DNA of 63,312 nucleotides, counting the filler, from Platydemus manokwari (Eukaryota), in the NCBI GenBank assembly GCA_037951405.1. It is 6 parts of 6 records of this genome, joined end to end, with 100 filler letters (N's around TTAATTAATTAA, not from the genome) between each part and the next. Parts side by side here need not be neighbours in the genome. Positions count along the whole stretch, not along the records: positions 32,101 to 44,000 come from JBBMOY010404444.1; positions 44,101 to 53,284 come from JBBMOY011286428.1; 4 more parts are not named here. The stretch is one strand, 5' to 3'. Shown here piece by piece: positions 37,204 through 51,528 of the stretch. A model generated the notes under the pieces. It worked only from the letters and a program-made list of their open reading frames with translations. It was not told where the DNA came from and did no database searches. How positions within the stretch are numbered: the stretch's first letter is position 1; each line of letters begins with the position of its first letter. The position numbers were made by a program, and so were the translations under genes.

Positions 37204-40200
37204 GTGTGGATCTTTATTAGATTAAATAATCCCGATCAAGACTTTTCATTTTAATATAATCTTTTCAAATTAAAATTATTATTCAGGAAGCTCAATATAA
37301 AAATTTACATTGCTGATTACATAGATAGTTTCATTCCCCGACATTATTTTATTAAAAAGTTATTCACATTGTTAAATTCGTCTGTATATTTTGAATATTT
37401 TTTACTTTGATCCATTCAGATTGGGTAACTTGACGGTATGGACGAATCTGAGCACATATGCCAATTCTAATTGACAATATTTTCAACTGATCTCGGTTAG
37501 TATCACTTTGTTTAATATGATAATTTACACAAATCCACTCACCGTTAACTACAGCTCGAAAATATTTTCTTTCGCTGAATATCGCTTAAATGAAAATTTG
37601 ATTTCGTTGAATTTTATCTAATGTGGAGGATTTCAATTTAGAGATACTGTTTGAGTTATTGTGATTGTCGATTAAAATCATTCGGAATTTAAAATAAATT
37701 TAAGATGAGTCTCGTCCTGTCACTGTAAATTAGCTTCCTATTTTAAAATTTTTACGGATTTTTAAATAAAAATTTCAAAACACATAAAAATAAAAAGGAT
37801 GCGAAGTGTATGGGGTTTTAATCAAAATACAACATTATCATTATTATTACAGATAAACTCATCAAGTTCATCCAGAACCACGTCATTTAATATTTTTCAA
37901 AACCCTTGTGGGATACCAAGATTGTTTGAAATTAGATTTTAGAATCCTTTCAAATAAAACGGCTTCATAAAGCGACATCAAGTTGCTCAAAGGGAAAAAG
38001 TTGAGTGATATGAACCTAAGGATTCACAAACCATTAAAGTAAAATGTGAAGGAATATTCTCGTAAATACTGGATTATCTAGATTTCATCCCACAACGAGG
38101 CACATTTTGATTATGTTAGTTAAAAGATTAATTCAATAAAAAGGTTCCTTTTAAATCTCACAATGTATGTAAATAACTGACTCAGTTAACCCATACAACT
38201 ATAATGGATATTGATTATTCTCTTGTATAAAATTATGACTTTAATCAAGCTTTATTTATTGTTTACATAAAATCACACTTTCTAGACAATAAGGCACATT
38301 CCATATGTCCTCTCTAAGAAATTGTCACACTGCATTTTCGAAATGATTTTGTCATTCTTAATTTCGCTAAAAGAATTTCTCTGAAATGAAAAGGAAACCC
38401 AAATATAAATTAAAATTATAAATTCTTCTATGAACTAATATAAGTGAGCTTGTTTTTGTACATGTATATATATATATATATGCAATTTGGGTAAAACATT
38501 TCTTAGAATTTCTCTTTTCACAATCGTGGCTTTACTTGTTTTGATTTAGCTGCTGGCAAAGCCGATTAAATTTCTCATAGATAAGATAACGTAACTGAAA
38601 TATAGCAAAGCTACATGAATTTAACAGAAAATTATTTCTAACATAATAATTCGATACACAAATATTTTGGTTACCATTTTGTCAAGAACCATTTGTGATG
38701 TGTTTTACGGTATATTTTTCGTGAAATTTATTGATTTTTATATTAGCAATATTATTTCATGTATTCCAGAAACTTCCCCTTTCTACAACCTTAGAATCTT
38801 TATCGTCATAATAAATGGTTTATAAATTATCTTATCAACATAACATCAAGGAACCTTTACATGAATATACAGAGTGTTTCAAGCAAAATCTACAAGAATT
38901 TATTGAACATATTTTAAAATGGCGCCAAATCAAACACCTTTGACCATTCGATGTTTGATTATCATGTATCTGTACAAAGTCAAACTATTGAAGAGCAAGT
39001 TCTGGATGTGATAAGTTTTTATATAATCAGAAACTTCCTCGAAGCACCCCAAACATTTTGAAGAAGTCTTATGCAGATGAATCGAATGCAAATCAATATC
39101 ATCTTTAATTGAGAGATTTAAGCCAACTATATATATATATGTGTGTGTGTGTGTCTATATAACTATATTTGTTTCTGAGTGCCTAAAGTCAACAAATTAT
39201 TTCTCAAACATAATTGGGCCGACATAACAATTATCTGAAAAATCAATTTACCGCTAAATCGTTAACTTCAATATTAATTTAACGATCAATTAATTTATTG
39301 GTCAGTTAACTTCGATGTTGTTGCTGTTAGAAAAAACATATATAAATTCATTTAAGTTTATTGGGATACTTTTTCCACTTTGAAACAAGAAAATTTTCTG
39401 AAACAAATCTTAATTAGGAAAAATAATCCCCGAGAATGGAATTTTTATTGATAAATATAAAATATTTTTAATCAAAGCATTGAAAACACTTTATTGAAAA
39501 GTAAAATTAATAAATAAATAGAAAAAAAATAATTAAAAATTAAAATATCAAAAATCGATGGCCTAAAATATTGCCAAACGGAAACATTGTTAGAGAAGAT
39601 ACGAGTTTTTCAAAAATTAAAAATATAAAAAGTTAAAAATTAAAAAAAATTAACAAATTAAAAAAAAATTAAAAAAATACTCTAAACTATTACACAAAAT
39701 CTATGGAATGCACATATTGATTTAATAATATATTTGTTTATAACAACTGTTCCATTCCCAATTTAATATCGTCTGCATTTTACATTAAAAATTATCATTT
39801 TAATTCGAAACAAAATGATAAACATTGGAAAATTGATTTCAAAAACGAAACACAATGAATTAAATTTAACAAACAAAAGACTGTTTTAATGCAATTGGTT
39901 GACAGGCAAATAATCCAACAAATCTTAATCAAATGAAATTTATATCACATATAAATGTTTTATTATTTGTTGTTTTTATTCAATTGTCTCGTCGATTTAG
40001 ATATTTTAAATGATACATTTCGGTATGTAATTACATTTTTATTGTTATTATTGTTATTTATTTATTTATTTATTCCAATGAACGGTTATCATAATTTTGA
40101 TGGATATACACACACGCACACGCACACATGTATCCATTTTTATCATTTCCTTTTTGGCACACATGTTATACAATATTCTGTAATCGAATATTTTTGATGG

Positions 40201-42741
40201 ATTTTTATCTTCATTGGTTTTTTTTACGGTGTAGCTTTTCTGTCACAAAACAGTATAAACTCGTTAATAATAATCAATTTAGCAACCTAACCGAATATCG
40301 AACGTTGATTTATCGTAATTAAAAAAAATCGGTTGCCTTGGTTATTTAAATCGGAAAAAGTACATCGAAAAATTGATTTATTTTATTGAAAAAATATTTT
40401 ATACATTTGAAAATATCTGTTGATTTGAAGTTGAAAATAAAGGAAAAATTTTATTTAGAAATTATATAAACATTCTCGCACAATCGATATATTGTTAGTG
40501 AAAAATAAATATTTTTAAATTCATATTGTTAACCCTGAAATCGTAATTGAATTTAGCGAAATTAAAATATAATAAAATAGAAGATCTTGAATTTCACCTC
40601 ATTAATGTTTGAAGTGTAAAATATGTCATTTGGTATTTCAAAAGTTATTTGCTTGGATGAAAAATTCTGCCAATACAATGCACCGTCAGATATTTTGAAT
40701 GCCATTAATGTGGCACACTTTTCGGTGTATAGTAATGATTGGAATATTTGTAACCATGGTAATTCTTTATTAAGTAAAATAAAAATTCGAAAAGAATCGT
40801 ATGTATTCGAATTGGAAAATGGATGAATTGTGTTTTATTAAGATTTGTTTTATTTGAATTTATTATTTATTATTAAATTCATAATAATCTTTAAGTAGTA
40901 TCTCTGTTATGTTAATGTCTGAAATTTATAAATAATTTTGAGTGGATACACTTATCAGAGTAGATCACAATATGTTATGTTATCTATTAATAATAATTAA
41001 TTCTAATAATTATCTATTAATAATATAATACATGATTTTGCGGAATTATAAACTTCATTTTTAGAACAGTAACGCTTTGGTTTTATAAATTTAATGATAA
41101 TTTAATGATTTGTATAATTCCCTACCGAGTACAGCATTTATATTTATAAAGAAAACACATTTTAAGGATTTTAAATATTTTGATAAAATAATTTTTAATC
41201 ATTCCAAATAAAATAAATTATAAAAATAACTTAAATAATTTGTTTGAATGATTTGATTAAATATAATTATTTTTGCTGAACTTCTTAATTGGTTTTTGAT
41301 GATAAATGATAGCCCTGTTAATGGGTTTTCAGTAAATCATTGCCAGAAATGTATAGAAGATAAAGGATAAAAGAAGGTAGAAAATGTAGAGAAAGTATAA
41401 GATGAAGTGATTCTGATACAATACAGAAAAATTGAGAATATAAGAGCAGGAGTTGTTAATGAGATCAAAGATTCTAAAGAAGTAGAGTTATTAGTATTTT
41501 AAGGTGTTTTAATCAATTTTAATGAAATAAATCATTAATAATACTTTTAAATTTGTTTGACTCTTTTGATTAAATATCTTCAGACCTTCCTCAATCATTT
41601 TCATTTGAATTTTAAAAAAAGTAGGATTTTACTCAGCGCAGTTTATTTGAAACGGCCCTATGTTTCGTATATTCGATATTGATTCTTTAATCGAAGCAGA
41701 TTATATACACCCTTTATAAATATTTAATTGAAAATCTGTTCGTCATGTCGTGTAGATTACAAATATTTATTTTCTTGGATATAGTTAATAACACGACAGA
41801 TTAGTAAACTAATTTCATGGAAATATATGTTATGGAGTGTGAAACACATAAGCATTATATATATTAAAATAACTATTAAAAGGGCTAGTTTAGATTTTTA
41901 AAAAATAAAATTTTAAATTTAATTCGATATTAAAAATATTTTAAAATAATATTAACTATTACATACTTGTATTTATAAAATAAAATTTCTGATCCCGATC
42001 GATATTATTTACACATTTATTGGATATATTTTGATTAGTTTAAATAATCTGTTTAATGGTGATGTGAGCTAAAGTTAAAAAAGGTCTTAAAATAAAATTT
42101 TAAATTTGTGGAGTGTATTGCAAAAATCTATATCGCTTTTTAAAATTAAATTCTTTACAAACATTTTGAATTTTTTTTTATTTACGTACTTGAGGAGGAT
42201 TTTAGGTGTTTATAATAAAATAATACATACACAGAAGTTTTAAAGTCTACTAAAAATCAATTATTTGAAAAACTAGTGAAGGTAGGTTAAAATCAATTAA
42301 TTGATAATTATCGAGGACTCCTTTTTTAACATTAGAAAAAAATGGAATGATATTTAAGATGTTTAGAGTTGTTTTATAAAAAGTGATTTGGAAATCATTG
42401 AGAGGTGCCAGAAACTAGGTACTTTCACTTTATCTCAAATTAAGTGTATTGATATCTATTTAATAGATTTCATCTAAATCAAATAAATAGTGCAGGTGAA
42501 GAAGCCACAAATATATAAGAAGTTTCGGAATTCGAATTGGGACTTCGTTCAACAGTTCGGCTTTGTCTTTTTTCGAAATTTTGAATAAGGTGTTTTTGAT
42601 GCACGGGTCTCACACAAAAACTATATTAGCAAAACGAGCTTCATAAACGTGCCAAAAATAAAACTAAGAATTTAAAATTATTTATTAAGATACAATATTT
42701 GTAAGTTAATAAATACACCCCATGAATAAATAGCTAGAAAT

Positions 42742-42870
42742 ATAAAAGTAATTGGAAGCCGAAATATCATCGTAGAAATTGATGAGGCTTATTTTGGAGA
42801 TGCCAAATATAATAATGGACGTCGAAGACATTGTATTTGAGCTTTTGAAATACAGGAGATATATAGTGAG
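42742..42870 (+). pseudogene. Merlin (IS1595/ISXO2-like) DDE transposase fragment
   Basis: IKVIGSRNIIVEIDEAYFGDAKYNNGRRRHCI*AF matches the Merlin motif IGG.G.IVEIDES.FG.RKYN.GR....WVF. Confidence 0.88.
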
Positions 42871-44000
42871 GAAAGATTGCTTCCTATTTCTAGTCTACAA
42901 CCGATGCAGACTTTAAATCAATAAATACAAGTTAATTAGAAATTTTATATTTAAAATGATATTTTTATTTAACCTTATGTTTGTGAAACCATGATCCATA
43001 AGGATTGTTGGAGTTGTTTTTTCCTTTTTCATCCAAAATTGAATTTTAAGCAAAAATTTCATTACATTATGATTAAAAATAAATTATTATATTAAATTAT
43101 GCACGGAAATACATTGCATTAAAATTGTGTCAAAGGACTCTTTTTCTTTACTTAATCTGAGATATAAATTACAAAAACTTATTAATGATTGGTTCTAATA
43201 ATTCTCCAAATTTAAATGGCGCCGCTAACAATTACAAGCAAAATCGCTCCAAAAATATATACGAAACTACAACGTCTGGCTTTAATTATTTCTAATTTAT
43301 TTGTGTGTTCATGGGAAAAAAATAGATTATTAGATTATATCTCTATTGAATTTTAAAATTAGGTATTTCGTGAAAAATTTCTAATATATATAAACAATGG
43401 CAAACCTTTTTTCCTGAAATAATATTATTGGAATTATCATGACATATTGTATAAAATAGCCACTTGATTTGATAAATTATCTCAAACTGTTTGATAATAT
43501 CAAAGGAAAAGATCCAATGATTATTGATTTATTAAAGTAAAGGCTTTCAAAATGATTTTGGAAATGGAAATAATAGATTATTTATCAGATAAATTTTTGG
43601 AAATATTTTTTCAATATTAATGCCATTTTATATTTTATTTATATATTATAATATATATTATAATTATCTCACTAAAACTGATTTCGATATTTGTGTTGGA
43701 TTTTCATTTAATTACTTTGGAATATATAGTTCAAGTTTTCATCAAAGAAAAACTTCAGCAAATCATGATAGTGTTTTATCTTATCAAACTGTGATTCGAG
43801 ACAATTAAAAACAAGATGACGATAGCTCAAAGCAAAACATATCAAAAGGCGATATTATCTTGAAATTAAATTAATAACTGTCATTATTATTATTATTACT
43901 ATTATTACTATTATTAGTACAACAGAAGACTTTGTTTAATTATTGGAATGTAGGTTAATAATTAATTCTTTGTACAAAATTATATAAATAAAGCTGGTTT

Positions 44001-44100
44001 NNNNNNNNNNNNNNNNNNNNNNNNNNNNNNNNNNNNNNNNNNNNTTAATTAATTAANNNNNNNNNNNNNNNNNNNNNNNNNNNNNNNNNNNNNNNNNNNN
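44001..44100. other. Assembly spacer
   Basis: 44N-TTAATTAATTAA-44N. Confidence 0.99.
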
Positions 44101-44105
44101 ATTAT

Positions 44106-44136
<31 letters not shown>

Positions 44137-44207
44137 ATTATTATTATTATTAGTATTGTTACTGTTATTATTTTCATTTTTATTATTATTATCGTAATTA
44201 TTATTAT
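44101..44207. repeat. Degenerate (ATT)n microsatellite
   Basis: Imperfect ATT run at the contig start. Confidence 0.85.
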
Positions 44208-46310
44208 AAATACAATATATTGAAATATATTTGACTGTAATATGATAATAACAAATCTCGGCTGAATATTAAATATTGGTATATATATATAATTGGTAGT
44301 GATTATAAAGCTTATTTCGTTATGATGTGTAACAGTGGGTAAACCTACATTTTCAAATTGACGAAATCAGTAATGATAATTCATCAGTGAACATTCCACC
44401 ATCTTCCATCCACGATAGTAAACCTATTGTTAACCAATTCGATTTGGAATAATCTATAAAAGATATCAGAATAATTTGAAAAAACACTCTGGGGCAATGC
44501 ATCAAATTATCCTCTCATTTTTTTATGAATCAGCATTTAATTATCTATTGGAATTCTCGAATATATTAGAATTACTTAATAATAATAATAGACATTTTAC
44601 TTTCTAACAGTAGACCTTTATTAATCGTTTCCAATCGCACCAAATATCCAATGAAATATCATCATTATCAATTGATAAAACATTCAACGATGTTGTGTAT
44701 AGCGTATTTTATATTATCTTGTATCTCCATAGCAACCAAGAGTATTTCTCCAAATTATCCATCTGAAAATCTGAAAGAAAAGACATTTATTATGCCGATT
44801 ATGGTCAACACAAAGCACCTACCTGTCGTTCTGTTCTTCGAACACACTCATCATTATTGTTATCGGATTATAATTTGATAAAATAAATAAAAAGTCGGAA
44901 TATATTGGATCACCTTTTTCGGTTTCAATCACTAGCCTCCGTTAATAATAATTCCAACTATAAATAAATATAATTGATATTATAATTTATTATTTTAGCT
45001 ATTAAATTAACATAATTGAGCAAAATTATTAATTTTCTGTTTACAAGAGACCAACAGCAAAACCAAATTACCAAGGATTAATGATTGGAAGAACATTGGA
45101 ATATTATCTATGCCGTGACAGTTACAATTGTTTACAACGGTCACACACAATTTATCCACAAAATTGCTATAGCGAAAGAAAAGTTAATAATTTTTTTTCA
45201 GCTCATTTAAAAGCTCAGTTTGATATCATTGCGTGTCGTTTAATCATATGCTCGAATATTTTACGTGTAAATGTGAAATGGTTCTGATTTTTTCTCTCTC
45301 TTTCTCTCGCTCTCGCTCTCATCATCATCATCATCATCATCGTTGTCGTCGTGGACGTCGTCGTTTTTTTTTATTTATTTTTTTTAAATTTTTCCCCAAC
45401 ACTGATTTTTCATTTTATTTATTTATTGGGGTCCAACTTTGTTCTCCTGGTTTCGGTGTCCCGTTATTAATGATGACGATGATAATCAACTGTGAGCGAA
45501 GCAATTTTCTTTCTCTCGTTTTAATTATCAAAAAATTATTACGACGACGAAAAAAAAAATCAAGAAAAATTCGGCCTTTTTTTTGTTAAAGTAGAAAAAA
45601 ACATCATTCTTTTTTTTGTCGATAAAAAAAAATTTGTAGCAACGCATAGATAAGTTTTCGCTTGGTCTATTCTACTGATTTGTGCTCATTATGTTTGGAT
45701 AATTGAATAATGACGGAAGTGTTAGAGAGATGAACAGACAATTGGATTTTTGAGCGGTCAGCGTCACCTCATTGAATTGTTGCGATGATTAGATTATTAT
45801 TTAATGAGGCAACAATATTAGAAATTAATTTCAGCCTCCAATACATACACGCAATTGGCATTTTCAGATTTGCGCCTCATCTAAATTAATCATTTCAAAT
45901 TAATGATTCCCCTCAACTTTTTTTTTACATAATGATTTTGTTACTTAAAACGGTTTAGGCTTTTCTTTTCCTCGGGTAAAGTTATTAATTTAATCTATAT
46001 TTTGTCACTCCAATTAAGTGTTCAATTAATATTTGGATCAATCGATCTTGTCCACATATCAATGATTTCTTATTAGTTTTGTAGTGAAGATATTAAATAG
46101 CTTGTAATATTACTGGCCCGATCTGAAAATACGTGCACATTTCCAGCACTTATCAACTGTTGCTATGGTGGTATCACATTATGAGTTTCAAATAATCACC
46201 CTAGAAACACTATTTGAAAATCTAATGATATATTGTTTTCCCGAAATTTTACAATCGATATGATTTATTGATTTATATGATTCATAATTGTAGAAAGCAG
46301 CTTCAAAAAA

Positions 46311-49300
46311 ATGAAAACCGAATGCCTCAATAATATTCAAAGCTCAATTTTTAATTCCGCATCTCTATCATTGAATGAAGCTGACATCAAAGTATCCAGC
46401 AATTTAACATCCCCAACATCAGTATTTTCATCCAATACCGGTTTGAATGCAAACAATAACAACAACAAATCCTCAATGTTGAATCAGCAGAATTCATCTG
46501 GTTCTATAAACGCTTCGTCATCATCTTCCAATCAAATATCTTTAGCCGCCAATCCAGTTCATTCTCAACCCACAAACAACAATCAATCAGACAAACCAAT
46601 CATAGATCCTTTAATAAGTAGCAGTCTAAGTAACACATGCATCTCCACCAGTAGTTGTCCTACTACAGTCAGTAACAATAATGGCCATGGGCACCATAAT
46701 CCTACTGTGAACAGTTGTCCAACACCAGCAAGACGACGACATAGAACGACATTCACTCAGGAACAACTCCAAGAATTGGAATCGGCTTTTCAGAAAAGTC
46801 ACTATCCCGATATCTATTGTCGAGAAGAATTAGCCCGTATAACGAAATTAAATGAAGCAAGAATTCAGGTAAGTGATCGAAATTTTTTTCATTGCTTCGT
46901 TTTTGTTTTCCGTAAAAAGAAGACGTCTCGTTAAGATTAATAAGAAAGAACCCCAGTTTTACCAATACACTACAATAACACCTGTAACCAGCCATTTCTA
47001 TCAGTAAAAATACTCCATTATTCATTATTGTTTTACTTATTGTTGTGTTATTAGATATTCTGATCCTACTGAGGCTCATTTTCTGTTGTGAATTTCTACA
47101 CATTCAGTCGTCGATTCAACTTTTTAAATACAATTAGTATTTTGCTATTATCCGCGATTCCATTACAATATTTCTACTGACTATTCGATGAGGGTTTTTA
47201 TAAGCACAAATGGACTACAAGTGATTCGATTTAAACGACCAGAAAATCTTATGAAAATGACTGCATGTAAAATGATGAATATCTGTGATATCATAAATGG
47301 AATAAGACAACACTTCAAGTCGACATTTGGATATCGTAAAAACCCATGTTTAAATGTGGTTATGATAAATTAGATATTAAAAGCAAATCATTAAATGTGT
47401 AGAATCTATCTCTTTCTCTTCCATACATATTCGAATTATTCCATTTCTCCTGAAATACTACTAATTTTTATATTATCGCCAAATTAGCCACAATGAATCG
47501 GCTTTTAACATGACTAAACATAAAATAAAGCCTCGAGTGGAGTTTGCATGACAGAAAATTGCGTACATAAGAGAATGTCAGAGCCATTGTTGAGTATCTC
47601 ACATAAAACAAATGATGGAAGTAAAAGACAATTCTCGCAGGCAATATAGTCAGGGAAATTTTTTTTCCCGTCGAGTTCTACTAGTCGTATTTTATCATGG
47701 TTGGTGTTTCTAATAATTGTCGATATTATAGATAAATTTCAATTGTAAGTCCAACTGAAAATTTGTGTACATTTAGATTATGTATAAAAAAAAGCAAATT
47801 AGCTTGATGATTTGGTGCGGGAATTCGATGATTTTTTTGTTGTTGCGGGAACACAATATTATTACAGACACAACTACTTGTAGAAAATGCATGTTAAGAG
47901 AATTATTGCATAAACATATTCTTATTGGTTACAACGAATTAAATATCGACTGAATTAATGTTTCGCATGTGTGTGTGGGTATGTATGAAGACGATTATTT
48001 TACAATTTCTATTAATATTGTTCATTTCATAAGGCATCGACCACTCGGCCATTGGTAACTCAGTAGTTGTCAGTTGGTAATTGAATTATCACTAATGAAT
48101 GAGAAGTAAATTGACTCGAATACTGCTAGTCTCTTAAGATTTCCGCTGGCGATTTGTTCACCCCATCATAGTCCTCCCCATAGGGAGGATTCATCTTCAT
48201 TACTACCATTTGGAGAAACGGCAGCCACACCACCATCTCTCTTTAGATTTCTCTGTTAATTATTAGACACACTGTTTTCTTTCTTTTTTTTCGTCGCACA
48301 ATCTACAGAGTCAAACAAGCTAATAAAATGGTCCATAGACATTTTTAAAATCAACTCTTGAGTTGTCATTTCAACAGCAAACGAGTTTAGATAAATCAAC
48401 CGGTCAGTCTAGCGAAATTTGAGTATTCACAGTCGAGTGAAGATGAAACAAATTCTTACCTGGTTCTGGTGTTTGAACATTTTTTTTTCTTTTTCTCTTT
48501 TTTTCCTTTTGCACGATACCACCATTAGTATGTTAGTCTCTTGCGATTCATTGTTGTAGGATGTGTTATGTTGTGTCCAGCGGCTTTTGGGTTAGTTTCA
48601 TCTTTGGGTTTTCTGGATTTTCCTTTTACGATGGTGGATTAATTTAATATACAAGTTAAGTATGTCTTCAAATTTATTCCGATGGAGATTTGTATTGTTA
48701 ATTGAATTCCGCTACAAACCCAGTTGAACTAATTACCATTAATGAATTTATTTCTTCTCAACCAACTATTTATTACATCCACTTGTCGTCCTTGACACTT
48801 ACCTATTGTTGTCATTGACTTTAATTTGTTTGTCAAATATTTATTATAGGAAGATGAGATAATTTTTCCAAAAAAGTTTTTTTTTTTTTGGTCAAGAAAT
48901 ATTATGCGTTGTAAAAAACAAAAAAACCAAACCCATGCTAATATCAAATATCGGAAAATTAATATCGATCACAGTGACAGTCGATCAACACGGGGAAAAA
49001 GAGTCCACAAAACTATTGATTGATTAAAATGTTTTGTACGAACATTTTAATTCAATTTTCGACCGTTTATAAAATAACTAGTTTTCGGCTTGACTAAACA
49101 AAACGGCTGTAAATAATTAAATTTTTTATTTGTTGATAATTTTCTTATATATATCATTTTATCAGCTATTGGAAATGAATTTTGTTTTAAGCCAACTATT
49201 AACGTTGAATGGATAACCGATAGAATTTCCAGTTGAGTCAGGTTTCATAATTCTCGAATATTAAAAATTGAAATGCGATTAATTCCGTCAAAAAAATTTC

Positions 49301-49912
49301 ACACATTCAATTTGCCACAAGAGACGATTTTCTGGTCCATACTTGAAAATTGAATTATGATCGTTTATCATTAACTTATTCAACTTTCATAATACTTGTT
49401 ACGAGTCAAACTAATTAATCGATTTAAAAATAGAAACCCAGCAAAAAATGTTTGGTGAAAAAATAAAACCGAAAATTAAATATTGAATTTATCTCTCATT
49501 TTGTTTTTGTCAGGTATGGTTTCAAAACAGGCGTGCTAAATATCGTAAACAAGAAAAACAATTAACGAAACAACTCCATCCCAGTTTACCATCATGTAAT
49601 ACAGCAATAATGAGATCAATGTATCCAAGTGGCGTTTGTGGAGTTAATACAGTCAATGCCGTTGTTGGTGTTGGCAGTCGAATACCGACTTCGATTAATG
49701 GCAACAATGTGTCAGCATATTCCAATTATTGTAACTCGACAGTTGCTGCAGCCAGAAACTATGTCCAAATTCCTCATGCAGCCTCAAATTATAATGGGTT
49801 AGCAACATCATTTGGAAACATGAATTCCAATCACCATCCAAATAATATGGCTCTTCCTCCAATCGCTGGTGCAGCCGTTAATAATTCACTTTCAAACCAT
49901 TATTCCAATTTG
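46311..49912 (+). CDS. Prop1: PRD-class Q50 homeobox transcription factor, Prop1/unc-42 family; exons 46311-46868 and 49514-49912, candidate next exon 50875-50922, 3' end unresolved
   Basis: Homeodomain [46 protein letters not shown]|[17 protein letters not shown] is nearly identical to the invertebrate Prop/unc-42 homeodomain. Canonical PRD-class intron between residues 46 and 47 (CAG|GTAAGT ... TCAG|GTATGG). Confidence 0.92.
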
Positions 49913-51432
49913 GTAAGATTCATTATTACTGTTTGTTCTCTCATTCTCATTTTTCCATTTCACACAACATCAAATTGCAAAATACCAATTCTCCTATTCT
50001 CAGCCTTTTCCAACTCCTCCCAACTCTCATTTTATTCCTCCCAACAATAGAATTATTGATTGGAAATAAATATAAAAAATCTCATTTGAAATAACTTTCG
50101 AATTCCATATTATTAATCCATTTAAAAACCTTTTTCTTTTGCTGATAAAAGCAAATCTTCATTAGTGTCGACAATGAAAAATCATGATTCATTCGGATCT
50201 TTTTTTTGCCGATGTCGCAGAATTCAATTCCCACATCAAATCAGTTTGAAAACCTTGTTGAAGTACTTAAAATGGAAGTTGACTTTTGATGTGAGAATAA
50301 TAATAGACTCTACTCTGTCAGCATTGACTGGGAAACTTGGCTTTAAAGCCCGTGAGATTACTGTGGTGGTGTTAGATTCGGTATTAGCATAGAGTAATAT
50401 AAATGGGTATTAGTTAGAAGAAAAAAGTCTAAAAAACTACTTGATATAAATTAGCAAAGTACTCATTCAGCCAGTGAACTGACATTCAGAGGTGATTGGG
50501 GAAAAATTTGCATACTAACTTCACACACAATTGCATGTTTCCCGATGGATAATTATTACCTGACAGATGGGGACGTACATCTTGAAAATGGGTAGACTAC
50601 GAATATCATTTCGAGTTCACTGACCAGATGGGCCAGGCATCTGTGCTTGCATAACAATGTTATGTATTTATCAAAACGGGGCAAAAAAATCACATTAAAT
50701 GATGCTAATTAAATTTAACACTTGAAACTACATTTTTTTTTCGTTAACAATATTATTCAATTTGAGCTTAATTGTGTATTTGTTTAAATCATTACAGCAG
50801 ACTGATTAATTTTGTTTAAATGGATTTAATTCGTTTATATAAATAATTTTCGATTGATATTTATTCCTATATAGTTCTGGTGGACTGGAAATCAAGAGTT
50901 ACAAGAAAATATGAGTTTAGAAGTGAGAATTTAGTTTTTTGGTTTAACATTTTTTTTTAAAATTAAAATATTTCACTAAAAAAACACAGATCAATAAATT
51001 TTTAAAAATTTCCAAATGACGGATTGAAAAATATTGGGTAGGTCAAGTAAAATTATCCAAATTATTATAGATAAAACTTTCAAACTTTGCTCATAAGAAC
51101 GGGTGGGACCAAATAGTAAAGCACAAAATATTGCGTTTTGATGATTTTTCAGTTCGAAAATTATTAATTATGATTAAATCCATTTATTTTCCAATTGAAA
51201 CTTTTTTTCATTTTTTTTAAAGTTTCAATTAGAGTGATTTAAAAATATGCTAAAGTATCCGTGGTGATTAAGGTCACTTAAAGTAGTTAAACAAAATCAA
51301 ATGAAAATTATTTTTAAAACATAAGTGAATTGTATGATATTTAAGTTTTTTTTAAATCAAATTAATTTCTAAAACAAGATCTTTTCTTAGTCTAAATTAA
51401 CATTCAGATATAAATTTGAAAATTGATAGAGT

Positions 51433-51528
51433 TATAAATAAATTAATTTTTTATTCTAATTTATTACAAATTATATTAATTATAAATAAATTAATTTTTT
51501 ATTCTAATTTATTACAAATTATATTAAT
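51433..51528. repeat. Perfect 48-bp tandem duplication
   Basis: TATAAATAAATTAATTTTTTATTCTAATTTATTACAAATTATATTAAT x2. Confidence 0.95.

Noticed and set aside
38866-39110. Mariner/Tc1-like terminus (TACAGAGTGTTTCAA)
   Set aside because: No partner TIR or recognisable transposase motif found.
45233-45589. 118-aa ORF with poly-His/Arg
   Set aside because: Translation of (CT)n, (CAT)n and (CGT)n simple repeats in the Prop1 upstream/5'UTR region.
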